Shown here one piece after another: positions 15,493-23,936 of a stretch of 32,000 bases of DNA. The first letter of the stretch is position 1, and every line of letters starts with the position of its first letter. Made by a program: the position numbers and the translations under genes. The notes below the pieces were generated by a model. That model worked only from the letters and a program-made list of their open reading frames with translations, had not been told where the DNA came from and ran no database searches. This DNA is from Acaryochloris marina MBIC11017 (GTDB lineage Bacteria; Cyanobacteriota; Cyanobacteriia; Thermosynechococcales; Thermosynechococcaceae). Location of the stretch: assembly GCF_000018105.1 (NCBI RefSeq), contig NC_009927.1, positions 60,001-92,000 of the forward strand. The letters are read 5' to 3'.

Positions 15493-17346
15493 TCAGGCAG
15501 CAAAGGTAAAGTCATCGGCATTGAGAGACGTTGTGCCCATCAGTCGAGCAATAGTTGTTCCACCGATCCCAATTTCGGTATCGTCTCCAGTGACTGTTAG
15601 GGCAAGACCGTCAAATTTTAGATCTCCTTGCCCAGAGATACCAATTATGTCAAGGCCCTGCTCAAAGTCAACGATGGTGTTGGTGCCCTCCGGCAATTCA
15701 CCGTTAACAATCCAGAAGGCATCAGAGCCAGCACCTCCAGACAGCTTGTTGTCTCCGCCAATTTCTGTGAAGAAGCTATCGTCTCCGTCTCCACCAAGAG
15801 CGCGGCCATTGCTTCCCAGGAAGAACTGATCATGTCCTGCCCCACCGGAGAGTCTGTATCTTGAAGCTTCAGTTGCCTCAAATATGTCGTCTCCAGCACC
15901 ACCAAAGGCTCTATCGCGGTCTGCCACAAACGTAATGTCATCACCACTGCCGAGGCTGATGCGATTATCGCCAGCTGTGCTTCCAGCGATCGCTGTATCA
16001 ACGTCGTCATTTCCTGCCCCAGCAAAAACCATGTCACTAACACCATCAAAGCCAGGTGTAATAGATGCAAACAGATCATCGGCTTCGCTACTGCCTGCCA
16101 CAATATTGGAGTCTGTAGGAATTAGTTCCGTATCCGGTAGCGGGACTGTTTCATTTTGGGGAGAAATCAAAGCATAAGTCCCTGCAATATCGCTTGGAGC
16201 TTGGATGAAGGTCAGATCGGGATCTTCAAGTTGGGCAATGACATCGCCGGATAGTGTTGAGATTTGTAAGAGTGTGAAGGTTTCTCCGCCAAATTCCACT
16301 TCAATATTCTCGAATTGGTAATTTTCAATTGACTTTGCCATGATGAGTTGATCTTCTTTCGGATCAAAATCGCCTATTAAGGCATAATCTTGATCACCTT
16401 GCCCGACATAAAAATCAGTTCCATCATTTCCTAGCAAAATGCGGTTAACACCAAAGGCACCATGGAAGTGGTCATAGTCACCACTTCCAGTTGTTGCAGT
16501 GGTGATCACTTGGGTGGAAGGATCATAGGAAGTGATCGGCATTCCTGCGATGACCGCATTTCCCAAGGCATAGAAGAAAGAGTCACGACCCACTACACCA
16601 TTGAAAAACGTGAGTCGCTCTTCGTTAATTCCTGCCGCGAGAAAATGATCCCAGCCAGAATTATAGTCACCTGCATCCAGCAAAGCTTCTACATCAGGAT
16701 TGGCTGCCAGATATGCTGTTTCATTGAAATAGGGTTTACTACGGCTCGCATAGAAAGAATTTTCAGGTGCAAACAGTAGAATTCCGTTACTGGTAAATAA
16801 GCCATCTGGAATGAGCTGGGGAACATCTTCGATAATGCCTATCAGATCTCCATTTCTAGAGATATGGACACTGTTGTCGATGGTCTCAAAATCGTAGTCT
16901 TCAGGATTGCCAGCCAGATAAATAGCATCCTCACTGAAGGGGTCAAAAAAGCGAATTAAGGCGTAGTCGCGATCGCCTTCTCCCAAATAAAAATCTTGCG
17001 GGTTCTCTTCTGCATTATCCCCCAGGTAAAAAATGTTGCGTCCCGGTGAACCTAGTAGCGTGTCAAACTCCCCCACACCAAATGACTCAACTTGAGCATT
17101 GACCAATCTTCTTCCTGATTTAATGGATTGTACAGGCACCCCAAATATCGAGGATGTTTGTCCAGAGCTATGGATAATGTCGTCACCTGTCGTGCCGTTG
17201 AAAATTACACCATTACGCTGTTGAAATTGTCCAATCTGCACGTATTCTTCTAGTCCAGAAGCATATAGACCTTGGGCTACTGCTTCAGCAACTTGTGGGT
17301 TTTGATCTAGATAGATTGCCTCATTTAAAAAAGAATTGCTTGTCAT
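15493..17346 (-). CDS. RTX-type (hemolysin-type Ca-binding repeat) secreted protein with a duplicated N-terminal domain
   Basis: C-terminal GGxGxD nonapeptides (GAGNDDV, GSGDDIT, GGAGDDIF, GGAGHDQF, GGDGDDSF, GGAGSDAF). No signal peptide. There are two ~190-aa internal repeats (FLNEAIYLDQNPQVAEAV... and YFNETAYLAANPDVEALL...; ..GEGDRDYALIRFFDP.. and ..GQGDQDYALIGDFDP..). Confidence 0.9.
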   Translation of the reverse strand: MTSNSFLNEAIYLDQNPQVAEAVAQGLYASGLEEYVQIGQFQQRNGVIFNGTTGDDIIHSSGQTSSIFGVPVQSIKSGRRLVNAQVESFGVGEFDTLLGSPGRNIFYLGDNAEENPQDFYLGEGDRDYALIRFFDPFSEDAIYLAGNPEDYDFETIDNSVHISRNGDLIGIIEDVPQLIPDGLFTSNGILLFAPENSFYASRSKPYFNETAYLAANPDVEALLDAGDYNSGWDHFLAAGINEERLTFFNGVVGRDSFFYALGNAVIAGMPITSYDPSTQVITTATTGSGDYDHFHGAFGVNRILLGNDGTDFYVGQGDQDYALIGDFDPKEDQLIMAKSIENYQFENIEVEFGGETFTLLQISTLSGDVIAQLEDPDLTFIQAPSDIAGTYALISPQNETVPLPDTELIPTDSNIVAGSSEADDLFASITPGFDGVSDMVFAGAGNDDVDTAIAGSTAGDNRISLGSGDDITFVADRDRAFGGAGDDIFEATEASRYRLSGGAGHDQFFLGSNGRALGGDGDDSFFTEIGGDNKLSGGAGSDAFWIVNGELPEGTNTIVDFEQGLDIIGISGQGDLKFDGLALTVTGDDTEIGIGGTTIARLMGTTSLNADDFTFAA

Positions 17347-17376
17347 GACTCGCCTCTTTCGATGCGTTGATAAACT

Positions 17377-17399
17377 ATGAGAATGATTATCATTCTCAT
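17377..17399. promoter_or_regulatory. Fur-family operator, box B
   Basis: Perfect 11-1-11 palindrome ATGAGAATGATtATCATTCTCAT. The core GAGAATGATTATCATTCTC matches the 19-bp Fur box at 16/19. It lies 31 nt upstream of the RTX-like gene ATG (17346). Confidence 0.7.
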
Positions 17400-17783
17400 G
17401 GCTGGCATGCGAGTTGTTTTTAAGCCTTTCTTTAAAACTGACTTCGGTTTTTATTTATTTAAACTGAAATATGGGCTTTTAAACCTAATATGAATAACTG
17501 AAAAAGATTAAATGGGCAATTTCATCGTCTCACTTTGAAAATCGCCACTATTATTCCGTTTGCCAGGCACGACAAAATGGATCTCCGTCTTGGAGAACAA
17601 TAAATCCTTTGATTTAAAGTTGAGACTAACCTTGGTAAAAATGTCGGAGATTGATCATGGTGTATGCCAAGCTTTTCAACGCATAATGCCGTTTTCTGAT
17701 TCGCTTAAACCGGAGCAACAAACGCTTGATTTTATCCTCTTTCTATCATTCCCTGCGTTAGCCATCAGTCACCTGTTAAATTG

Positions 17784-17816
17784 AATTCCCCCGCGGGCTC
17801 AGCCTGCGGAGGAATT
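17784..17816 (-). terminator. putative terminator hairpin after amiF
   Basis: 11-bp stem AATTCCCCCGC / GCGGAGGAATT (one G-U in the minus-strand RNA) with an 11-nt loop. It starts 29 nt past the amiF stop. The U-tract is weak (CAAUUUAAC). Confidence 0.4.
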
Positions 17817-17844
17817 TCCCCAAGAATAAATGGAAGTAAAAGAG

Positions 17845-18888
17845 TTAAGAACTAGTTCCCACTAAGGTCTTTGCAGATTCTTCTGTTGGCAGAGGCCCAA
17901 GCTTGACTCCATCAGGATAGTATTCCCAACCATCTCTGATCTGGATGTCTTTATCCCAGGGTAACTGGTACTTTCCTTCCGCCAAGTCCTTTACCCAAGT
18001 CAGGTAATTTTCACGCTCTCCACCAGGTTTACCCACGTAGCCTCGGCAACCAACATTGAAGACATTGTTTTCAAGAGCCCAGTTTTTGCGGGCCTCATCT
18101 ACCAGTCTTGGGAATAATTCAGCCGTCACAATTTCCCAAGGATTACGATGGCCCTGCTGAAGTACATTGCCATCGTAGTTGCAAACAGTTCCTTCACCAA
18201 AGTAGTAAAACACACCGTCATAACCCGCCAAGTTGACGGAGATGGTGTACATCAAGTTTTGCCAAGCATTAGTTTGATTGGTCAAGATCCACTGATCATT
18301 GACCTGAGTTGAATATCCTGAGATGCGAATATAAACGTTGCACCCTTTATAGGCAGCTTCTCGCGCTAATTCAGGGAACATCCCATCATGACAAATACAA
18401 ACTGCTAGTTTAGAGCCTTTCGGTCCATCACATACGGGCATCCCATAATTACCTGGATACCAGGGCTCAATCGGTACCCAAGGCTGCAATTTGCGATAGT
18501 GAAGGGCAATTTCTCCTTGATCATTAATGATAATTGCAGTGTTGAATGGGGGAAGTCCAGGTACATCATTTTTCTCCATAAGAGAAAAGACTCCCCAAAC
18601 TTTGTTGCGCACACAAGCTTCTTTGAACTGATCAATTTCTGGACTATCTACTGTCAAAAGCATTTCGTCATATGTCCAGATTTTTGTGTTAAGTCCTTGA
18701 GTGGAGTACTCTGGCATCACAATCAGATCCAAGCCAGGATAACCTGCTTTAGTGTTGTCAACGGCTTTACAAATTTGCTTGACCTGAGTCTGAATATCTT
18801 CGGGGCCAGTGATAACTGGAACCGGATATTGAATCATGGCCACTAGCAGAGACTCGGACCATGAACTGACACTTCCTGTACTACCCAT
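17845..18888 (-). CDS. amiF: formamidase (nitrilase-superfamily aliphatic amidase, AmiF type)
   Basis: Long stretches match Helicobacter pylori AmiF as I recall it ([78 protein letters not shown]). The start is placed at MGSTGSV (ATG 18888, AGGAGGA 8 nt upstream). The 27 codons upstream in the track ORF look spurious. Confidence 0.93.
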   Translation of the reverse strand: MGSTGSVSSWSESLLVAMIQYPVPVITGPEDIQTQVKQICKAVDNTKAGYPGLDLIVMPEYSTQGLNTKIWTYDEMLLTVDSPEIDQFKEACVRNKVWGVFSLMEKNDVPGLPPFNTAIIINDQGEIALHYRKLQPWVPIEPWYPGNYGMPVCDGPKGSKLAVCICHDGMFPELAREAAYKGCNVYIRISGYSTQVNDQWILTNQTNAWQNLMYTISVNLAGYDGVFYYFGEGTVCNYDGNVLQQGHRNPWEIVTAELFPRLVDEARKNWALENNVFNVGCRGYVGKPGGERENYLTWVKDLAEGKYQLPWDKDIQIRDGWEYYPDGVKLGPLPTEESAKTLVGTSS

Positions 18889-18970
18889 ATCGAAGTCCTC
18901 CTGAGGACAGTGGTATATGACCAGCATCATATGGGGGCAGATATGTGAGTTATGTATATGCCCACACAAA

Positions 18971-18991
18971 TGAGAATGATTATTATTCCCA
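18971..18991. promoter_or_regulatory. Fur-family operator, box C (imperfect)
   Basis: TGAGAATGATtATTATTCCCA, with half-sites complementary at 8/10. It shares aTGAGAATGATTAT with box B. It lies 83 nt upstream of the amiF ATG, in the divergent region shared with the gene at 19194. Confidence 0.55.
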
Positions 18992-19193
18992 CTTCATGAC
19001 ATGCCTTAATAGCTGAATCTGTCGAGGTATTAAGAGATTATGGAATGCTGCAGGTAAATATCACTGAGTACTGCTCATAAGGAGTCTCAGCGTTTCAGAC
19101 CAGGACGTAGCCGTTTTAACACTGTGTTCGCCGGTGCAGCGGATAACTGGAGTATGCAGCGGATGCTCTTGGTTTACTTTGGGAGTTGTAGTC

Positions 19194-19367
19194 ATGACTG
19201 CTGAGGAATTGTTGGAGCGATATGCTTCTGAAGAAAGGGACTTTGCTGGCGTTGATTTGCTTGGTGCCAATTTGGCTGAGGCCCAATTAACTGAGGTGTG
19301 CTTGAATCAAGCTGATTTAACTGACACAAATCTGGTTGATGTATGCCTAATTGATGCTCGGAATTAG
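19194..19367 (+). CDS. short pentapeptide-repeat protein (57 aa, possibly truncated)
   Basis: MTAEELLERYASEERDFAGVDLLGANLAEAQLTEVCLNQADLTDTNLVDVCL... The N-terminus is typical of cyanobacterial pentapeptide-repeat proteins, but only about 7 pentapeptides precede the stop. Confidence 0.55.
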   Translation: MTAEELLERYASEERDFAGVDLLGANLAEAQLTEVCLNQADLTDTNLVDVCLIDARN

Positions 19368-19538
19368 CTAAATTTATTTATTTCAGCAAGACCTAAATAT
19401 GCCTGTAGGTGTTGAGACCCGCAAACTTAGTTCCAATTATTCAGTTATTGCCGGGCAGAACCTCCCCCAGGGCAGAGCCACAGACTGAGCACAAACTATT
19501 GTTCATGTTCCGCCAGTTAGATGGTGATCAGGTAGTCA

Positions 19539-19943
19539 TCATGGTTTCTTTGTGGCAGCAATGGCCAGTTTCGCACCTTCAATTTCGCGAATGCGATCCA
19601 TCACCGTCACGACGCGGCCATGACTCACTTGGTCATCTGCATGAATCACCACCACTACCTTGTCAGCTGAATCAGTTAGCTCCTTCACTTCTGCCTCAAG
19701 GACGTTGAGCTGAATGGGTTCTCGATTGAGAGCTAAATCCCCCTGCGCATCAATCGTGACCGTCACCTTGGTCGATAGCTGTGGTTTTACTGTCTTTGCC
19801 TGGGGCAAATTAACAGGTAAGGCATCACTGCGGTTGAGGAATAACGTGGCAATGATAAAAAAGGACAGAATTGCAAAAATAACATCAATCATCGGCACAA
19901 TATTGATTTGAGCCGATGGACTGGGATCATCGGGTAAGCGCAT
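19539..19943 (-). CDS. exbD: ExbD/TolR family biopolymer transport protein
   Basis: 134 aa; the INIVPMIDVIFAILSFFII signature transmembrane segment is present. It overlaps the upstream exbB by 17 nt. Confidence 0.9.
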   Translation of the reverse strand: MRLPDDPSPSAQINIVPMIDVIFAILSFFIIATLFLNRSDALPVNLPQAKTVKPQLSTKVTVTIDAQGDLALNREPIQLNVLEAEVKELTDSADKVVVVIHADDQVSHGRVVTVMDRIREIEGAKLAIAATKKP

Positions 19944-20580
19944 GATTCACCCTGCCTCTTTCATAGCGGTGACGATAAAGCAACTCCAACTGCCCCCCAT
20001 GCTCTTGAATAAAGGCCAACTGGCGCTGATATAAACTGCGAAACATATTGGCAAAAATCAGGGTTGAAATGGCGACAATCAATCCCGCAGCCGTTGAAAT
20101 TAGGGCGGTACTTATTCCCCCGGTGACTTCTGCTGATTCACTACCGCCGATATTGCCTACATCTAGGGAGGAGAAGGAGTTGATCAGGCCCAATACCGTC
20201 CCTAATAGGCCGAGTAAAGGGGAAATACTAATGATGGTGTCAAACACCGTCGTAAATCGTTTCAATGTCGGCAATTCAGCTTGAGCTTCACTTTCTAATG
20301 CCAATCGGAATTCTTCCGGTGTCGGGTCTTCTAAGGACAAGGCAGCTAAGAATATCCGGGCAATCGGAAATCTTGCTTGCTCTTGGAGATACCTCAAGGC
20401 GTCATAGACATTATCTTGGCGATAAAGCTGCAGTGCCTGTTTGACGATCCGCAACTGGTTGCGATTCACCCTCGTCCAAAAGATGAGGCGTTCAAAAATC
20501 AGTGCGATCGCAATTAACGAAAAAACCATGAGCGGGAGCATCACCACTCCTCCCGCAATAATCACTTGGCCAAACTGCAT
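19927..20580 (-). CDS. exbB: MotA/TolQ/ExbB proton-channel protein
   Basis: 217 aa with three transmembrane segments. The conserved ..ISPLLGLLGTVLGLI..F........GGISTALISTAAGLIVA.. region is present. Confidence 0.9.
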   Translation of the reverse strand: MQFGQVIIAGGVVMLPLMVFSLIAIALIFERLIFWTRVNRNQLRIVKQALQLYRQDNVYDALRYLQEQARFPIARIFLAALSLEDPTPEEFRLALESEAQAELPTLKRFTTVFDTIISISPLLGLLGTVLGLINSFSSLDVGNIGGSESAEVTGGISTALISTAAGLIVAISTLIFANMFRSLYQRQLAFIQEHGGQLELLYRHRYERGRVNHALTR

Positions 20581-20795
20581 TTTGTTGATACCCCTCCATT
20601 CATTACAGCGACAAGAGAAGACCGATTACTCTGACCGTAACCACAGCAAACGGCATTAGTTCTGAGAGCATAAAACTGCGAATAAATACACCAAGAGGCA
20701 CTGATACAGCAACCACCCTTGCTGCACGCTGAGCCTATAAAGCGATGTCGAGATTTCGGCATAATCGGCCATATATGAGACATTAAATCCATAAC

Positions 20796-21878
20796 TTAAT
20801 ACAAGGATTGCTGCCGCTTTAACATCAGCCAAATCAGGATGGGGGCACCCAGCACAGCCATCACTGCATTGAGGGGTAGAACGGACTGACTCCCTGGAAG
20901 TTGAGAGATCGCATCGGCAATCAAAGCTAAGATGGCACCGAGCAGAGCCACAGCTGGGACTAGGATGCGATGATCGACGGTTCGAAATAAACTCCGGCAC
21001 AGATGCGGGACAGCGACTCCCACAAATGCAATAGGTCCACAAAAGGCCGTAACCGATCCTGATAATAAGGAAGAACTGAAGATCAAAAGGCATCGGGTTC
21101 GATTGACAGACAGCCCTATACTTTGAGCTTGCGCTTCCCCCAGTAACAGCAAATTTAAAGCTTTATGCAACAGTTGTGATCCCCCAAGTCCTAAGGCAAT
21201 GACAGGCAACAACAAGGGCATCTGTTGCCAAGTCACATTCGAAAAACTACCAAAGGTCCAGTTGAGGTATGCCTGGGTCTGAGTAAGCAAACTGAAATGC
21301 AAAAGGATAGTCACTAGAGCAGTGGTCATATACCCAAACATGAGGCCAAAAATAAGCAGTGCTAAAGCACTACGCACCCGTTGAGCCACTAGTAGCACCA
21401 CCCCCATGGACATCCCTGCGCCCAAACTGGCCGCCCCAATAATGCTGATCTGAACAAAACCATTGCCAGCGTTAGCTGTCCCTCTAGTTAAAACCACGAG
21501 AGCGGCCCCCAAACTAGCGCCAGCATTAATGCCTAGCAAGGAAGGCCCTGCAAGTGGATTGCGGAATAATGCCTGTAGCTGTAATCCGCTCGTTGCTAAG
21601 GCAGAACCCGCTGCGATCGCAGTTATCGTTCTAGGCAATCGAAACTGGAGAATAATCTGTTGCCAGGTCGGATTCGTGGCCTGACCTCCGAACAACACAG
21701 TGATCACGTCTGATAGGGGAATCGAGACAGATCCAAAAGCCAGGCTGACTAGCACCCCCATTAACAAGACACTACTTAGAACCCCTAAACCAGCGTAACG
21801 GCTGATTTGCGGCCTTCCATGTAGTGGGTCGGGAAGATGTCTATCGTTCCCATCAGTCATCGCTGAGGACATATCCAT
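20796..21878 (-). CDS. FecCD/BtuC-family ABC transporter permease
   Basis: 360 aa. RLPRTITAIAAGSALATSGLQLQALFRNPLAGPSLLGINAGASLGAAL is the family signature. About 9-10 hydrophobic segments. Confidence 0.93.
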   Translation of the reverse strand: MDMSSAMTDGNDRHLPDPLHGRPQISRYAGLGVLSSVLLMGVLVSLAFGSVSIPLSDVITVLFGGQATNPTWQQIILQFRLPRTITAIAAGSALATSGLQLQALFRNPLAGPSLLGINAGASLGAALVVLTRGTANAGNGFVQISIIGAASLGAGMSMGVVLLVAQRVRSALALLIFGLMFGYMTTALVTILLHFSLLTQTQAYLNWTFGSFSNVTWQQMPLLLPVIALGLGGSQLLHKALNLLLLGEAQAQSIGLSVNRTRCLLIFSSSLLSGSVTAFCGPIAFVGVAVPHLCRSLFRTVDHRILVPAVALLGAILALIADAISQLPGSQSVLPLNAVMAVLGAPILIWLMLKRQQSLY

Positions 21879-21881
21879 TTC

Positions 21882-22661
21882 TCACTGCTGTACATATTCA
21901 ACCCGTTGTACCCAAGTGCGATGAGTGCCATTAGGATCAAGAGATAACAGCCGAAACCCAGGCAGATGAGTATGATCAGTTGGTACAGGTGGATTCACCT
22001 GTAAACAAGTGGAAGGACAACCGTAGAAGTAAATCGGTGAGGGACGTTGGCTGAAAACATGCTGATACTGGAAGTCCAAGTGGATATGTCCAAACAGCAC
22101 CACTTTCACTTGTGGGAAGCTCTCCAACAGGGTGAGCAATGCATCAGCATTTTGCACCTGCATTTGATCCAGCCAGTCGATACCGATTGCCACAGGATGA
22201 TGGTGTAGGGCAATCACCGTAGGTTTATGAGGATGTTGAGTCAAGACTGATTGCAACTGTTGCAAGGCGCTGACTGATAAATACCCTTCACCAAACTGAG
22301 CAGAAGGCAACACTGAGTTGAGTGAAATAAGCAGCCAGCTCCCCAGATGAATTGCCTGTGGCCCATAGAGTTGAGGAGACTGCAGTTCCCGATGCATGGC
22401 CTCAACTTGATCATGGTTACCAGGCAGCCAGTAAGCTGGCATCTTCAAGGGTAAGATTGCTCTCATTAAATGCTGATAAGCAACGACACTCCCTTGATCG
22501 GCTAAATCCCCCGTTAAGAGAATTCCATCCAGTTGATCTCGATTCACTTGCTGCAGAACAGCCTGTAAGGATTGCCAAGGATTAGTCCCTCGTAGCAGTG
22601 CCGTTGTATCTGCCAACAGATGGGTATCACTGATTTGTGCAAGCGTAATGGGGGCCGTCAT
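21882..22661 (-). CDS. metallophosphoesterase (CpdA/Icc-like class III phosphodiesterase fold)
   Basis: Motifs DTHL, GDLADQG, GNHD, HHHP and GHIH occur in the canonical order. Its ATG overlaps the stop of the binding-protein gene (ATGA), and its stop is 3 nt from the permease ATG. Confidence 0.88.
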   Translation of the reverse strand: MTAPITLAQISDTHLLADTTALLRGTNPWQSLQAVLQQVNRDQLDGILLTGDLADQGSVVAYQHLMRAILPLKMPAYWLPGNHDQVEAMHRELQSPQLYGPQAIHLGSWLLISLNSVLPSAQFGEGYLSVSALQQLQSVLTQHPHKPTVIALHHHPVAIGIDWLDQMQVQNADALLTLLESFPQVKVVLFGHIHLDFQYQHVFSQRPSPIYFYGCPSTCLQVNPPVPTDHTHLPGFRLLSLDPNGTHRTWVQRVEYVQQ

Positions 22662-23920
22662 GAGTCTAATTTTTGGTAATAAATCAGTTGATGATTAGGC
22701 AATAACTCTGGGTGGAAAATCTTGATCAAGTCTGCTAGTACCTTATGGGGGTTTACAACCCCGCTTTCCCAATAATCGTTGCCGCCAGCAGCATTGACCC
22801 GAGCCGTATTATTGAAGACGCGATCAGCTTGGACTGCAGACAGTTGACCGTAGCGAGCATCGGTTGAGATCGCATCTTGTCTCGATCTCCAATCTTGGCT
22901 GACATTAACCCAGAACTCAGCCTTCACTGCTCGATTAAACACTGCTTCAAAGTCCAGGGGTAGACTCCCTCTTGCATCTGACTCTGACCAGAGATAGTTG
23001 GCACCTGCATCCTGCAAGAGCTGGGACACATAACTTTTGCCTCCCGGCATATACCAGGTGCCATTGTGACTAAACCCCGTAAACACCGTGGGACGTTGGG
23101 CCACAGATTGAGCCAACTGCACCATCGATTGATACTCTTGGGCTATATCGGAAAAGACCTGTTCTGCCTGCGCTTCTTGATTAAAAAATAGGGCCGTATA
23201 CTTTAACCACTCTGCTTGTCCCAGGGGGGATTCCTCCATATATTCCCCCACCAGGGCAACGGGTAGACCTGCCTTGACCAGACGAGGATGACTATCTGTG
23301 TCTGGGTTACCCGTTCCATAGGTCATCACCAAATCCGGTGCTGTCACCAGCAGCCGCTCCACATCTAAGGTATTGCCAGAATTAAACTCAACCAGTTCAC
23401 CCCGATCAATTTTGGCCCGCACCTTTAGACTATTCACTTGCTTAAACTGGCTGACACCGACAAGGGTATCTAGCTGACCTAACAGTTCCAAGTGAGGTAA
23501 ATAGGTCGTGGATAGCACGACTAGACTGCTAATCGGTACTTCCACCATCGGCAGATCTTCAAAGCCTGGGGGTTTGGGTGTTCCACACTGCACTAGCAGA
23601 TACTGAAAGGTTTGGTTTGCCCCTTTCCAGGGATTCTGAACGGTAACTATTTTGTAGTGACGGTGATACTCTACCGAGAAACCCACGGCATAGTCAGACT
23701 GGACCTTATTGGGGAAATAATCTTGAGTAGGATCGTACGCAACAGGACATTGATCGGCAGAAGTTGGTGAAGAATCAGATTTCAGGGCTGATGGTGATTG
23801 GGTTGGCTGGCAACCAACTCCCCCTAGGAATCCAACGACAGCCAATCCCGCCGTTACTTTCAGCAGTCGAATCCAGCCAGAAGTAGCGTAGTCACTGATG
23901 GATGCTTTGGGTTCCTTCAT
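22658..23920 (-). CDS. ABC transporter periplasmic substrate-binding protein (siderophore/heme/B12 class)
   Basis: The region ..VVLSTTYLPHLELLGQLDTLVGVS......VERLLVTAPDLVMTYG... is typical of FhuD/BtuF-class binding proteins. The start is set at MKEPKAS (23920), giving a signal peptide ending GGVGC and avoiding a 92-nt overlap with the upstream gene. Confidence 0.88.
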   Translation of the reverse strand: MKEPKASISDYATSGWIRLLKVTAGLAVVGFLGGVGCQPTQSPSALKSDSSPTSADQCPVAYDPTQDYFPNKVQSDYAVGFSVEYHRHYKIVTVQNPWKGANQTFQYLLVQCGTPKPPGFEDLPMVEVPISSLVVLSTTYLPHLELLGQLDTLVGVSQFKQVNSLKVRAKIDRGELVEFNSGNTLDVERLLVTAPDLVMTYGTGNPDTDSHPRLVKAGLPVALVGEYMEESPLGQAEWLKYTALFFNQEAQAEQVFSDIAQEYQSMVQLAQSVAQRPTVFTGFSHNGTWYMPGGKSYVSQLLQDAGANYLWSESDARGSLPLDFEAVFNRAVKAEFWVNVSQDWRSRQDAISTDARYGQLSAVQADRVFNNTARVNAAGGNDYWESGVVNPHKVLADLIKIFHPELLPNHQLIYYQKLDS

Positions 23921-23936
23921 CCTGTCGTCGCTAGGG

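Noticed and set aside
15521-16779. Five ORFs (15521..15829, 15628..15864, 15645..16103, 15884..16177, 16462..16779) inside the RTX-like gene
   Set aside because: All lie within or antisense to the 617-aa RTX-like CDS, whose repeat motifs are unambiguous. Their products are low-complexity Ser/Pro/Ala strings typical of shadow frames.
17560-17784. The 74-aa ORF between the RTX-like gene and amiF
   Set aside because: It uses a non-ATG start and has no SD or motif. It sits in the AT-rich promoter/terminator region and runs into the amiF terminator hairpin.
18889-18969. A 27-codon N-terminal extension of the formamidase ORF ([27 protein letters not shown])
   Set aside because: AmiF homology begins at MGSTGS, which has a good SD. 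The extension would also run up to Fur-type box C and the promoter.
20562-21093. ORFs 20562..20792 and 20656..21093, examined as a possible missing ABC ATPase or TonB
   Set aside because: No Walker A/B, LSGGQ or Pro-rich TonB features are present. One of them overlaps the permease gene out of frame.
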